Virus record (IMG/VR): IMGVR_UViG_3300042154_002964
Length of the DNA stretch: 20,000 bases
Strand: one strand, 5' to 3'
Source: an uncultured virus (IMG/VR IMGVR_UViG_3300042154_002964)
Taxonomy: Duplodnaviria; Heunggongvirae; Uroviricota; Caudoviricetes
Position 1 is the first letter of the stretch, and every line of letters starts with the position of its first letter. Both the position numbers and the translations under genes were made by a program. Of this stretch, positions 1 to 9,007 are shown piece by piece. Under the pieces are notes generated by a model. That model was not told where the DNA came from. It saw only the letters and a list, made by a program, of their open reading frames with translations, and did no database searches.

Positions 1-727
1 GTGTTTTAGTTAAACAATCTTCTCTTATTAACGGATTAAATTTATCTGCTATTGACAATCTCTCATCTAAACTCAACTCTCTTGTATAAACTTGAAATCC
101 ATAATGACAAGGTGGTAGTACCATTGAATCCAATTCTCCAACATTCCAAGCATTTACCATCAAACGTCTTGAATCAGGATTTGTTTTAAGTTCGTTGATT
201 AAACACGAGATTTGGTCAATAACTGTTTGGTCAGCTTCTTCATAAATGTTTTCATATGAACCGTCAGTTGAAAAATACATTTTCTTTTTAGTCCATCTTC
301 TCCATTGCTTACCATACACAGGACCTAAATCACCCCACTTCTTAGCAAACTCATCATCTGTTTTGATTTTGTTGATGAATTCTTCTTGCGTGTAGGAACG
401 TTTGACTGTTTCATCCTCATAAAATTCGTGACCATCTTTATAAGCGGTACAGTAATTCTTATAAGCATCACCATCCCAAATATGACAATCATTATCAACA
501 AGGTATTTGATGTTTGTATCACCACGTAAGAACCATAACAATTCGGTAATAACTCCTTTCATATACATTTTCTTTGTTGTAAGAAGAGGAAATCCGTCCT
601 TCATATTATGACGAATGGTATAACCAAAGATAGATTTAGTTCCCGTACCGGTTCTATCTTTCTTATCAACCCCATAATCTAATATGGTTTGAAGTAAATC
701 TGTGTATTGTTTATCTAACGTGTTCAT
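1..727 (-). CDS. thyA: Thymidylate synthase ThyA (runs off the left edge of the window)
   Basis: Manual translation from the ATG at 727: [35 protein letters not shown]...GFPLLTTKK...[15 protein letters not shown]...HIWD...[12 protein letters not shown]...DQI...[13 protein letters not shown]...[11 protein letters not shown]. These are all canonical ThyA motifs, including catalytic PPCH. Absent from the ORF track because there is no stop in the window. Confidence 0.97.
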   Translation of the reverse strand, partial: MNTLDKQYTDLLQTILDYGVDKKDRTGTGTKSIFGYTIRHNMKDGFPLLTTKKMYMKGVITELLWFLRGDTNIKYLVDNDCHIWDGDAYKNYCTAYKDGHEFYEDETVKRSYTQEEFINKIKTDDEFAKKWGDLGPVYGKQWRRWTKKKMYFSTDGSYENIYEEADQTVIDQISCLINELKTNPDSRRLMVNAWNVGELDSMVLPPCHYGFQVYTRELSLDERLSIADKFNPLIREDCLTKT

Positions 728-732
728 ATAAT

Positions 733-1374
733 TTATTTTTTCTTTTTTTTGGTTTCAGGATAAACACCTAAAGAATACCCTAACATTAATTCAAGATTCC
801 CTAAGTTTGTTTCAGTTCTCACAGGGGTGTCATTATTATAGAATAACGAACAAAGAACTATTTTTTTCTGTGACAAACTATAAACTACTTTCCAACAAAT
901 TGAAGGTATCTTCATCCCATTCACTTCGATATTTGGGGTTCCCCAATATCCACCTGTATAAATCATTAGTGAATCGGTTTGGGACATTTTCCTAATCTCG
1001 GTTTCCATCGCTTTCCAAATCCCTCTATTAAGTTTTCTTGTTTGTGGTAATCTATTATAATCTCTAAAAGTTAAAGAATCAAGACGACAGTTATACGCAA
1101 AGTCTTCGGCGTTAGCCAAATGTCCTTTATCGTATAAAGTCCCTTTATATTGATTCTCATTCACTAATTTTAATTTAGTATCGTTCACCCAATTGGTGGC
1201 TCTTTGACACTTACCACCACCTTTATACAACTTGTATTTCACATATAATGGTTGTTCTAATTGTTTATTAACGTAAGCGGTGTAAGCTTCATTTATAATT
1301 GTCGTGTCAACTTTATATTGACTCAATAATGGTAAACTTACCATTAAACATAACACTAAAAAAAATCCTTTCAT
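733..1374 (-). CDS. DNA/RNA non-specific endonuclease (NucA/EndA, His-Me finger) with N-terminal signal peptide
   Basis: YDKGHLA active-site motif, [22 protein letters not shown], and hydrophobic N-terminus [19 protein letters not shown]. Confidence 0.88.
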   Translation of the reverse strand: MKGFFLVLCLMVSLPLLSQYKVDTTIINEAYTAYVNKQLEQPLYVKYKLYKGGGKCQRATNWVNDTKLKLVNENQYKGTLYDKGHLANAEDFAYNCRLDSLTFRDYNRLPQTRKLNRGIWKAMETEIRKMSQTDSLMIYTGGYWGTPNIEVNGMKIPSICWKVVYSLSQKKIVLCSLFYNNDTPVRTETNLGNLELMLGYSLGVYPETKKKKK

Positions 1375-1635
1375 TTATTTTGTTTCTTCAATTGTGTATT
1401 GTCCACAAATAATAACTCTTTTATGGTCTTCGTTAATCATACTAAGACAAGATTTATCAATTACCTTATACGTTATTGCGTGATATCGGTATTTATGTGA
1501 ATCTATAATTAAATACTTACATTGGTTGTATTTGTTATCTTCACATTTTACGAATAACACTGAACTAACAATAATCATTACCATTACAATAATACCAACT
1601 ATGGCATCAAATTTATTCATATAACCATCCGTCAT
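1375..1635 (-). CDS. Small hypothetical membrane-anchored protein
   Basis: Single N-terminal hydrophobic helix. ATGA overlap with the upstream gene and abuts the nuclease gene. Confidence 0.6.
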   Translation of the reverse strand: MTDGYMNKFDAIVGIIVMVMIIVSSVLFVKCEDNKYNQCKYLIIDSHKYRYHAITYKVIDKSCLSMINEDHKRVIICGQYTIEETK

Positions 1636-1928
1636 AACAATTCTGTTATTAATTTAACAACTTCACTCTTGTATCCACCGATAGTCCATTCAGTAATGGT
1701 TTCAATATTTGGATTACCATACTTAGCACCATTTTTATAGTTGTAGATATTAGCGACCTCACCGTTTTCAAATTCCACTTTCCATTCAGCATCAACTTTA
1801 CCATCACCTGACGCCTTTCTTGGTTCTCCAAATAATTCAACCAACTTAGCGTAAGTTGTTGTGAAATCAGCTTTGTGCGATGTTCCAACCACGTTGATGT
1901 GTTCGTCGTTATGTGTTCTATATTTCAT
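1632..1928 (-). CDS. Hypothetical phage protein (TY..LV..FGEP...DGKVDAEW motif), first gene of the operon leading to thyA
   Basis: Clean ORF preceded by a TAnnTTTG promoter and a terminator. Confidence 0.75.
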   Translation of the reverse strand: MKYRTHNDEHINVVGTSHKADFTTTYAKLVELFGEPRKASGDGKVDAEWKVEFENGEVANIYNYKNGAKYGNPNIETITEWTIGGYKSEVVKLITELL

Positions 1929-1946
1929 ATTCTTTAGATTTTAAAA

Positions 1947-1954
1947 CAAATATA
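1947..1954 (-). promoter_or_regulatory. Bacteroidota-type -7 promoter element TATATTTG
   Basis: Matches TAnnTTTG, 18 nt upstream of the ATG at 1928. Overlaps a TATTTAT motif at 1952-1958. Confidence 0.6.
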
Positions 1955-1957
1955 AAT

Positions 1958-1988
1958 AAAAAACCCCAAACTTTTTAGATTTGGGGTT
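1958..1988 (-). terminator. Intrinsic terminator
   Basis: AACCCCAAA-N9-TTTGGGGTT hairpin followed by a U-tract on the minus strand, just after the stop of 1998..2930. Confidence 0.8.
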
Positions 1989-1997
1989 AAATTATTT

Positions 1998-2930
1998 TTA
2001 ATAATCTGATATTTGATACGCTCTGAGTGGTTTGACATCATCTAAACCATAAACCTCACTAAGCCATACCTTTAATAGTGATTGGATTTCATCCCAATCA
2101 TAACCTAAAACTTCACCAAAAAACGCCCATACTCTATCATTATCAATATTAACAATATGTCTACCATCATCGTTATAATACGCAAATAATGGTTTACCAT
2201 TTTCATCACGATAAAACAAAACCTCACCTTTCTTAACCGGATTTAAATTATTAAATTGGTTAAGGAATGATAATGGATTATCTTGATATGCTCGTTTGAT
2301 TATATCTAAATTACCACCGAACAATTTAATAGCGTTTTCATATCCCAAGTCTTCGACTGCGTGTCTTACCTTCTTATTTAATGGGTTATCACTTTCTTCT
2401 TTTAATACATTTTTGATTGTATCTCTTAAAGATTCCCCTTCACGTATCATACCATCCCACAAACCTGTTTTATCAAGTAATCCAAAGGCTTCTTCATCAC
2501 TAATCACATCTTCATAACCTGGCCAATTATATGGTCTACCATTGAATGATTTGATAAATAGATTTTGGTGTGATGGGATTTCCAAATCAATATCGTATAT
2601 TTCAAATCCGTGGTCATCGGCAACCGCACCAATCCATTGTTTTAATAGATATATCTCTTCACCTGATAGATTTTTAAAATCAACAATCATATCAACAATT
2701 ATCTCAACAAATTCTTCATCCATAATATCATAATCCAATATATTAAAATAAAAAAATGCGTCAGGAAAACGTCTTTGTGAAACACTACAACTACCTTTTA
2801 AATTGCCAAGATGATGACCTAATTCAGGGTTATCATCAACCACTTGTTTAAATTTGTAGAAACCACCCAACATTTTAATTGCTTGAGATAGTCCAAACTT
2901 TTCAATTAAGTTATTAATTTTCTCAACCAT
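1998..2930 (-). CDS. Two-module hypothetical protein with an internal LRDTIKNVLKE linker; paralogous to 10232..10660
   Basis: Two copies of a G....IKL/MxGG helix-turn module. The C-terminal half resembles 10232..10660 (W..F...L.....IQ.....WL.EVY.L). Confidence 0.8.
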   Translation of the reverse strand: MVEKINNLIEKFGLSQAIKMLGGFYKFKQVVDDNPELGHHLGNLKGSCSVSQRRFPDAFFYFNILDYDIMDEEFVEIIVDMIVDFKNLSGEEIYLLKQWIGAVADDHGFEIYDIDLEIPSHQNLFIKSFNGRPYNWPGYEDVISDEEAFGLLDKTGLWDGMIREGESLRDTIKNVLKEESDNPLNKKVRHAVEDLGYENAIKLFGGNLDIIKRAYQDNPLSFLNQFNNLNPVKKGEVLFYRDENGKPLFAYYNDDGRHIVNIDNDRVWAFFGEVLGYDWDEIQSLLKVWLSEVYGLDDVKPLRAYQISDY

Positions 2931-2934
2931 AATT

Positions 2935-3351
2935 TTAATCTTGAATACTAGGGATAACTTCCGAATCTAACCAATGTTCAAATTCATAATAACCACCCAT
3001 TTCTTTTAATACATTTTGTAATCGAACATCCTCATCAGATAATGTTGAATAGAAATCAAACTCAAGTAAATAACCACGTTTATCAGTAGCAATAACACCT
3101 AAGTATTCATCACCGTAAAATCTAATCTCTCCGTAATATTCAATCTCACCATTTTCAATTTCCTTCATTTCAGAATAGGTAAATTTAATGGGTAAAGATT
3201 TAATCTCACCTTCAATTGTCATACCTTCTTTAGTATCGTATTCCTCATTACCGTAACCGGTATTACTATCGTAATCCTCATCGTCATAAACACTTTGTTC
3301 AAACAAGTGTTTGTATTTTTTATACTGACTTTCTGTAATTATTATTTTCAT
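2935..3351 (-). CDS. Acidic hypothetical protein with MKIIITESQ N-terminal tag
   Basis: Clean ORF with TATTTAT at 3357-3363 upstream. Confidence 0.82.
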   Translation of the reverse strand: MKIIITESQYKKYKHLFEQSVYDDEDYDSNTGYGNEEYDTKEGMTIEGEIKSLPIKFTYSEMKEIENGEIEYYGEIRFYGDEYLGVIATDKRGYLLEFDFYSTLSDEDVRLQNVLKEMGGYYEFEHWLDSEVIPSIQD

Positions 3352-3378
3352 ATACTATAAATATGTTACATTTTTAAA

Positions 3379-3756
3379 ATGAAAGCAATAATCGCAGTTA
3401 ACAATTTAGGGTTCATTGGAATTGGGGATAAATTATTATGGAAATCAACCGATGACTTAAAACATTTTAAATCACTAACACTGAACCAAACTCTATTAGT
3501 TGGTTACAGAACCTTTACAGGTCTACCACCATTAAAAAATAGAACACTTATTGTTGATGAAAGAGATAAATTAATTACCGATGTTGATTGGTGTATTGGG
3601 GGTAAAAAAACGTATGAGAAATATTGTCATCTATTTACCGAAATCCATATCTCACATATTGATAATGATGATATTGGTAACGTAACATTTCCTGACCTAT
3701 CAAACTTGAATCCTGAATGTAAAGTTTTTAATTACCGGTTCGAATCCCAAAATTGA
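3379..3756 (+). CDS. folA: Dihydrofolate reductase (short, 125 aa)
   Basis: IIAVNNLGFIG...LLW...DLKHFK.LT....LVGYRTF..LP.LKNR..IV...IGG..TY...IHISHI.....G.VTFP are DHFR motifs. Confidence 0.9.
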   Translation: MKAIIAVNNLGFIGIGDKLLWKSTDDLKHFKSLTLNQTLLVGYRTFTGLPPLKNRTLIVDERDKLITDVDWCIGGKKTYEKYCHLFTEIHISHIDNDDIGNVTFPDLSNLNPECKVFNYRFESQN

Positions 3757-4088
3757 TAATCCATATTATAAATTGTTTGTAACTGAGGTTTTCTTTCACA
3801 ATTTACCAATAATAAGATATTCTCAAGTTTTTCATTAAAGTCGTGAACATCAAAACTTTTTCTCATTACAAAATTAATAATGATTAAACCATTATCAACA
3901 TTAAACTCAATATTGTATTCTGATATATTTCTACGGTAGTTCTTATTTACAAATGAGTTAACCATATTGTGAAATAAATGGATGTCATATTGTTCAAAAC
4001 AAGGACGACTACGATGAATATGAATAGGGACTCTACCTATCATAGTATCAAGTCTCCTATCGTTATGTGTTATATTCAGTGTTCCCAT
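3732..4088 (-). CDS. Hypothetical protein (start revised to ATG 4088, MGTLNITH)
   Basis: The longer ORF-track start runs through the terminator at 4108-4134. Convergent overlap with the DHFR 3' end. Confidence 0.55.
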   Translation of the reverse strand: MGTLNITHNDRRLDTMIGRVPIHIHRSRPCFEQYDIHLFHNMVNSFVNKNYRRNISEYNIEFNVDNGLIIINFVMRKSFDVHDFNEKLENILLLVNCERKPQLQTIYNMDYQFWDSNR

Positions 4089-4107
4089 AGTTGAAATTAT
4101 AGTAAAT

Positions 4108-4134
4108 AAAAAATCCCCAATCAAGTTGGGGATT
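4108..4134 (-). terminator. Intrinsic terminator
   Basis: AATCCCCAA-TCAAG-TTGGGGATT hairpin plus U-tract after the stop of 4142..4531. Confidence 0.8.
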
Positions 4135-4141
4135 ATATGTT

Positions 4142-4531
4142 TTACCACTGAGGGTCTTTATCTTTTCGTTCAATATTATCTTCAATAATCTTAACCTGAA
4201 TTTCTCTTGACTTACCAACAGAATTAACTTTGAGGTAATACTCAATATTGTGATATATTTGGAAACAATCAACGAATCTAATACCTCCCAATATTGTTGA
4301 TACGTGCACTTTAAAAATAGTTAATGTAAATCCTGGATAAATCTCAGTCTCTTTCTCAACATTATTAACTGTGATTGAGTCAATACTTGTAACGTCATTT
4401 AAGATTTCAGGGTCAACCCAATCAGGTGTTGCTTGATTTTCATCAGCAATGTCCCATAACAAATTCAAACAATCATCGGTTAATTTTTGATAGAGACCTA
4501 CTAATTTATTTTCGCTGATTAAAACTTTCAT
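4142..4531 (-). CDS. Hypothetical protein with MKVLISENK tag (start revised to 4531)
   Basis: ATG at 4531 lies 4 nt from TATTTAT (4536-4542). Shares a module with the N-termini of 10657..11403 and 13872..15200. Confidence 0.8.
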   Translation of the reverse strand: MKVLISENKLVGLYQKLTDDCLNLLWDIADENQATPDWVDPEILNDVTSIDSITVNNVEKETEIYPGFTLTIFKVHVSTILGGIRFVDCFQIYHNIEYYLKVNSVGKSREIQVKIIEDNIERKDKDPQW

Positions 4532-4553
4532 ACAAATAAATATGGTGTTAAAC

Positions 4554-4581
4554 AAAAAACCCACCTGATGAGGTGGGTTTT
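4554..4581 (-). terminator. Intrinsic terminator
   Basis: AAAACCCACCT-GATG-AGGTGGGTTTT perfect hairpin immediately after the stop at 4584. Confidence 0.85.
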
Positions 4582-4583
4582 AA

Positions 4584-4769
4584 TTAACTCATTAATTTCT
4601 TAATGGATAACATAATTTGTACTTGTTTATTTTCTAATACTTTAATACGTTTCATCTGTTCATCATTCATTTCAAAGTGTTCAGCTTTAATTTCCGATAT
4701 TTGATTTCCGACTCTAGTATGTTCGTTTAGTAATTGTCCGTACATCTGTGCTTTTTGAGAATTTTCCAT
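4584..4769 (-). CDS. Small coiled-coil hypothetical protein
   Basis: 61 aa helical ORF followed by a terminator. Confidence 0.7.
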   Translation of the reverse strand: MENSQKAQMYGQLLNEHTRVGNQISEIKAEHFEMNDEQMKRIKVLENKQVQIMLSIKKLMS

Positions 4770-4808
4770 AACTGTAATATAATAATGTTTGTTTTAATAT
4801 CAAGGATT

Positions 4809-5363
4809 TTATGCAAATTCAATTTCACACAGATACCCCATTTTATCTGTGTAATTTTTTTGAAAGTGTTTTGCAGTTAACCATAAAAATTCATCACGAT
4901 ATTCATTAACAACTGCGAAATAATCATCATCATCATTTTCAACAGGGTACAATTCATCAAATGGTCTACCACCATCAACGATTGTGCTGAAATCAATATC
5001 AATCCAAACCGTAACATCTTTATCTTTAGTGTTAACATCAATACGAGCGAACCTAACGTCACCACTTAAATCATCATCACTTAATGTTATTTGGATGTAA
5101 TCTTTCGACATATATAAATGGGGACTTGATGTTGATTGGTTAAACTTATAACCATCTTCCTCAAAATACTTTAATGGGTTTATGTTATGTTCTTCATTCC
5201 ATTCTAAAACCCAACCTTCAAGATGATGGTGAAAAGACATCGGCATACGCATTAACTTCATCAAATTTTCATCAATTGACGCATACCCCCGTTTATCCCA
5301 AATCTTTCTAAATGATTTTTTCCAAACATCCATTAATTGGTCCTCAGTTATTAATACTTTCAT
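4809..5363 (-). CDS. Hypothetical protein with MKVLITEDQ tag
   Basis: Clean ORF. TATTTAT overlaps the ATG (TATTTATG). Confidence 0.8.
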   Translation of the reverse strand: MKVLITEDQLMDVWKKSFRKIWDKRGYASIDENLMKLMRMPMSFHHHLEGWVLEWNEEHNINPLKYFEEDGYKFNQSTSSPHLYMSKDYIQITLSDDDLSGDVRFARIDVNTKDKDVTVWIDIDFSTIVDGGRPFDELYPVENDDDDYFAVVNEYRDEFLWLTAKHFQKNYTDKMGYLCEIEFA

Positions 5364-5368
5364 AAATA

Positions 5369-6001
5369 TTATGCGTCTTTACGTTTACCTAAACCGGCCT
5401 TTGGTATGTAAACAATGGGTTCCCATAACCAACTAACATTAGGTATTACTTTTGTTAATTTTTCTATAACACGGAAATCACTACAAGACCAAGAATCCCA
5501 AATAGCATCTTTCGAATATTTGAAATTGAATCCAATACAGGACCCCCCAATTTTAGTTAATCTCATATCACCATAACTAAGAGGTAATGTTCTACCACTT
5601 GAAAATTTCATCCTCCAAGCAACTAAAGTATCATCATCAACGGTGTTGATTTTCTTGACCACTTTTTGAACTGAATTTTTATCAATAAATAAATCATCAT
5701 CATCCAAATAAATTATCCAACCATCAGTAACTTTTTCATTTAAAATGTTAAGATATAGGTTATGAACCATTTTACGACTTCTACGTGGTGGTTCAGTGTC
5801 CGATTGAATTACATTTTCTTTATCTATTAGGACATAATCTGTAATCCCCATTTCTTCAATATAAGGGATTGAATCTTTATCATCGGTACAAACAATATGT
5901 CGAATATTCTTATATGTTTGAGACCTAACAGATTCAACATTCCTTTTAAAACCTATTGGTCGTCCTGAAGTTCTTGTTAAAATATTAATTAATGGTTCCA
6001 T
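5369..6001 (-). CDS. Glycosyltransferase family 2 (GT-A fold)
   Basis: INILTRT..RP, VESVRSQTYKNIRHIVCTDD, WIIYLDDDD (DxD motif), SDF. TATTTAT at 6010-6016. Confidence 0.88.
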   Translation of the reverse strand: MEPLINILTRTSGRPIGFKRNVESVRSQTYKNIRHIVCTDDKDSIPYIEEMGITDYVLIDKENVIQSDTEPPRRSRKMVHNLYLNILNEKVTDGWIIYLDDDDLFIDKNSVQKVVKKINTVDDDTLVAWRMKFSSGRTLPLSYGDMRLTKIGGSCIGFNFKYSKDAIWDSWSCSDFRVIEKLTKVIPNVSWLWEPIVYIPKAGLGKRKDA

Positions 6002-6016
6002 ATATTAATATAAATA

Positions 6017-6409
6017 TTAGAAAAAAAAGTTACGGGAATGGATTCTACAAACTTCATCATTCAAATGATTCAAATATCTCCCAAATGTTTGGTCAGACCT
6101 AATTCCCGACATTATTCCCTTATCTAAATTGGGGTGTAACATAACAGTATTCTTATCCCCACCATATATATAGATTTTATTATGAAATGGGAACCCATTC
6201 ATACTATAATAAATTGCGTCAAAATCAAAAACTTTACCACCAATACGATATCTAACATCAAAACTATTAGGGTCGTACATTGTATAATAATTAGTATTAA
6301 TCCTGACAAAATAATGGTCCTCAAAATAACTAATAGTATACTCGCAAGGACAAAAGAAATTCATAAATTTCTCAACTATCCTAAATTTTTTCAATTCAAT
6401 CTCATCCAT
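6017..6409 (-). CDS. Hypothetical protein
   Basis: 130 aa ORF, divergent from the plus-strand cluster. Confidence 0.6.
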   Translation of the reverse strand: MDEIELKKFRIVEKFMNFFCPCEYTISYFEDHYFVRINTNYYTMYDPNSFDVRYRIGGKVFDFDAIYYSMNGFPFHNKIYIYGGDKNTVMLHPNLDKGIMSGIRSDQTFGRYLNHLNDEVCRIHSRNFFF

Positions 6410-6461
6410 ATTAGAATATTAAATAAAATTTCATTAATTTAGTAGTATCAAATATTGAATT

Positions 6462-6821
6462 ATGGAAAATTTTGACAAAATAAGAGAAGTCGTAATCAAA
6501 TGTATCAAACGAAAATACGACAATAGTAAAATAACCTTCACCAATGATAATAACATATATCAACTTGATATTCGAATTTTTAGTAATTCCCCAACAAAAC
6601 AATTAGAATGTGTTTGTGATGTTGAAGAGATATTAAAATTATGTCACATTAAAGAAGATATTAAAATTAGAGTTAATGACCGTAATCGGTTATTTATTCA
6701 TATTGACGTAATAAGTGAAAATTTAGTAAAATTTAGGAAAAAATTGGATTTACCAACACCAGTAATTACGGCAATACAGAATAGTTCTTATGGAATACAT
6801 TGTAATACTGACCCAATATGA
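6462..6821 (+). CDS. Hypothetical protein
   Basis: First of three translationally coupled plus-strand ORFs (ATGA overlap at 6818). Confidence 0.65.
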   Translation: MENFDKIREVVIKCIKRKYDNSKITFTNDNNIYQLDIRIFSNSPTKQLECVCDVEEILKLCHIKEDIKIRVNDRNRLFIHIDVISENLVKFRKKLDLPTPVITAIQNSSYGIHCNTDPI

Positions 6822-7171
6822 TAGATAATATTTTCAGAAAATTCTTTTGGAGTATAGACGCAATTGAATTACGTTCACAAGATAGAGTTATGACCGTTTA
6901 CGGTAGACAAGTAGGGTATTTAACTCTAGGTATCGCACCTAAAAATAAATTAGTTCCTGACGAACTAAAAAGTTATAATGGTGTTGTTGATACCGTCAAA
7001 ATAATTATTCGTGACCACGCCAACATTAATCAAGCCCCACTAAGAGAATGGGGTAAAATGTGTTGTATTAAAGAATGTGATTTTGACCATTACATTAAAC
7101 AAGTTTATATTGAAACATTACAACGTAAACGACGAGAAGAATTAATTAAGCCACATAAATTCATTTGGTGA
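6818..7171 (+). CDS. Hypothetical protein
   Basis: ATGA overlap upstream and TGATG overlap downstream. Confidence 0.65.
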   Translation: MIDNIFRKFFWSIDAIELRSQDRVMTVYGRQVGYLTLGIAPKNKLVPDELKSYNGVVDTVKIIIRDHANINQAPLREWGKMCCIKECDFDHYIKQVYIETLQRKRREELIKPHKFIW

Positions 7172-7509
7172 TGAAAGATATTGATATTAGATTATTGATT
7201 AAAAAAACAATATGTAAAATGGAGTCCCCATTCTCTTCGGTTAATGTGAAGATTTCAAAATTAATGTACTTAGATAGTGAAGTTTCACAACTATCTTTCA
7301 GTGCATCAACATATTATCTTGTAACACAAAATAAAAATATTTATGAAATTGAAGTCATATACCACCCCCGTTCATTTCTGTCATCAACATTTGAACAAAG
7401 AAATAAATACGAGAATAGAGCAACCAATTCAATACAATTAATGTTAGGTGGGTTATTAAAAGTCGAACCTGAAGATATCAAACTCAAGTTCATTATTGGG
7501 GGATGTTAA
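7171..7509 (+). CDS. Hypothetical protein (start revised to ATG 7171, MKDIDIR)
   Basis: TGATG stop/start coupling at 7169-7173. Confidence 0.62.
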   Translation: MKDIDIRLLIKKTICKMESPFSSVNVKISKLMYLDSEVSQLSFSASTYYLVTQNKNIYEIEVIYHPRSFLSSTFEQRNKYENRATNSIQLMLGGLLKVEPEDIKLKFIIGGC

Positions 7510-7742
7510 TACTGTTTCAGTAGAATAGTTGTGTCACTATCGGATTTGAAATTTTCAACTGACTTGTAAGTGTTGTAAGTTACCTTCAACACTTTTTCAT
7601 CATTGGGGATATTAACATACCCGTCGAAATTAGAATAATAAATAGACTTGTCAGTGGTTACTTTAACTGCCGGTAATGTCTCTTTGGTCTCAACATCTAA
7701 GAACCAAACCTTAATCATCAATGCTAATATTACTGTTTTCAT
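7506..7742 (-). CDS. Stand-alone CarboxypepD_reg-like (SusC N-terminal-type) beta-sandwich protein
   Basis: D.ETKETLP.V.V.......SNFDG...I......LKVTY..YK resembles the Bacteroidota carboxypeptidase-like regulatory domain. Confidence 0.62.
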   Translation of the reverse strand: MKTVILALMIKVWFLDVETKETLPAVKVTTDKSIYYSNFDGYVNIPNDEKVLKVTYNTYKSVENFKSDSDTTILLKQY

Positions 7743-7829
7743 ACTAATACGTATATTAAATTTTACTCAAATGGCCCGAAAATTGATTTATTAACGTTTT
7801 ATTAATATATTTAATAATAAAGTAACATT

Positions 7830-8174
7830 ATGAAAAAATTTCTAATCTCAGTAATGTTTCTTCTAATCAGTTACATATCATATGCACAAGAAGAAGAAAT
7901 AACAATGGTTGTTTCAACATACAGTAACAACACCATTGAACAAACAGGTTTCCTTGACAAAAATGGGAAAAAAGATTCCGTATGGACTCAATATAATGAA
8001 GTAGGTAAGATAATCGGTGTGGGGTCATATTCCCACGGGGTTAAAGACGGGTATTGGTATTGTTATAACGATAACGGACGTAAAATCTTTGAAGTCCTAT
8101 ATGTTAACGGAGAAAAAAGAAAAGGTAAACAATGGGATGATAAGGGACATCTTATTGATAAAAGAAAGTGGTAA
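7830..8174 (+). CDS. Secreted MORN-variant (YwqK-like) repeat protein
   Basis: Signal peptide ending in SYA, then repeats G...NGKKDSVWTQYNEVG, GSYSHGVKDGYWYCYNDNG, YVNGEKRKGKQWDDKG. Confidence 0.78.
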   Translation: MKKFLISVMFLLISYISYAQEEEITMVVSTYSNNTIEQTGFLDKNGKKDSVWTQYNEVGKIIGVGSYSHGVKDGYWYCYNDNGRKIFEVLYVNGEKRKGKQWDDKGHLIDKRKW

Positions 8175-8176
8175 AC

Positions 8177-8202
8177 AAAAACCCCAAGTTAATCTTGGGG
8201 TT
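8177..8202. terminator. Hairpin terminator between convergent genes
   Basis: AACCCCAAG-TTAAT-CTTGGGGTT hairpin that contains the stop codon of 8189..8644. Confidence 0.75.
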
Positions 8203-8644
8203 CATTAAAATATAATGACTTATCAACGTTTTTAATTTGAATACTAAAACTAGAACTTGTGAAATTAGGCCCTAACATACGTAAGTCCATTTTTAACATT
8301 GTTTGAATATTTGCGACCCATATATAAGGATGACCATCTTTATAAATTTTTTCTACAGGATAATTGTATAAACCATTATAATTACCATCATCATTATTAA
8401 TGAATACAACCCACGGGAATGGTTTATCCGGAATTAATTCAAGTACGTAGTCGTAATGTCTTCTAAAATCATCCTCATAATCCCACTGTCTCTCACCCTC
8501 AAATAAATCAACAAGTTCAACTTCAAATTTAAAATCAGTTTTAATACCTGCATATAATTTAAAATATCGGTTAATCATCACAGTTGCGAATTTTTGAATT
8601 GTTTTCAAAACACTCTCATCGGTAATATCTCTTTTTTTTTCCAT
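8189..8644 (-). CDS. Hypothetical protein (start revised to ATG 8644, MEKKRDITDE)
   Basis: ATG 4 nt downstream of TATTTAT (8649-8655). Confidence 0.72.
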   Translation of the reverse strand: MEKKRDITDESVLKTIQKFATVMINRYFKLYAGIKTDFKFEVELVDLFEGERQWDYEDDFRRHYDYVLELIPDKPFPWVVFINNDDGNYNGLYNYPVEKIYKDGHPYIWVANIQTMLKMDLRMLGPNFTSSSFSIQIKNVDKSLYFNEPQD

Positions 8645-8702
8645 ATCAATAAATATGTTATTGTTCAATAAACTAACCTAGTTTATCGTAGCAAATTTAT
8701 GT

Positions 8703-8957
8703 TTATCGTTTCACTTCCAAATCCTTAAATGAGTCGGGGTTAATGAATTCTGATTCAAGATAAGTAACAACAGACCTCATCACCTCACCCTCAGTCTGAT
8801 TACTTTTCTCACCAGCAATACGAATTACCATCGCTAACGCACCCGATAATACAGATAATGATTCACCGTATTCTATTGATTCCTTATTAGTCCCCAAATC
8901 CAAATACAATCTCCCGTCTTCACGAACTTCATATCCTATCTTAATGTAATTCTCCAT
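8703..8957 (-). CDS. Hypothetical protein
   Basis: Preceded by TATCTTTG and a terminator. Confidence 0.72.
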   Translation of the reverse strand: MENYIKIGYEVREDGRLYLDLGTNKESIEYGESLSVLSGALAMVIRIAGEKSNQTEGEVMRSVVTYLESEFINPDSFKDLEVKR

Positions 8958-8961
8958 AAAT

Positions 8962-8969
8962 CAAAGATA
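8962..8969 (-). promoter_or_regulatory. Bacteroidota-type -7 element TATCTTTG
   Basis: TAnnTTTG 4 nt upstream of the ATG at 8957, directly after the terminator U-tract. Confidence 0.65.
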
Positions 8970-8970
8970 C

Positions 8971-8999
8971 AAAAAAACCCCACTTAAAAAAAGAGGGGC
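8971..8999 (-). terminator. Intrinsic terminator
   Basis: CCCC.CTT...AAG.GGGG hairpin plus U7 on the minus strand after the stop at 9008. Confidence 0.72.
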
Positions 9000-9007
9000 T
9001 TCATATA

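Noticed and set aside
325..525. 66 aa minus-strand ORF in the track
   Set aside because: Out-of-frame shadow inside thyA.
3356..3363. TATAAATA as a T4-type late promoter
   Set aside because: It reads this way on the + strand, but the associated genes are on the - strand throughout the window. The coding-strand motif is TATTTAT.
4565..4572. CTGATGAG resembling a hammerhead ribozyme core
   Set aside because: It is the loop region of a terminator hairpin on the non-transcribed strand, with no stem II/GAAA downstream.
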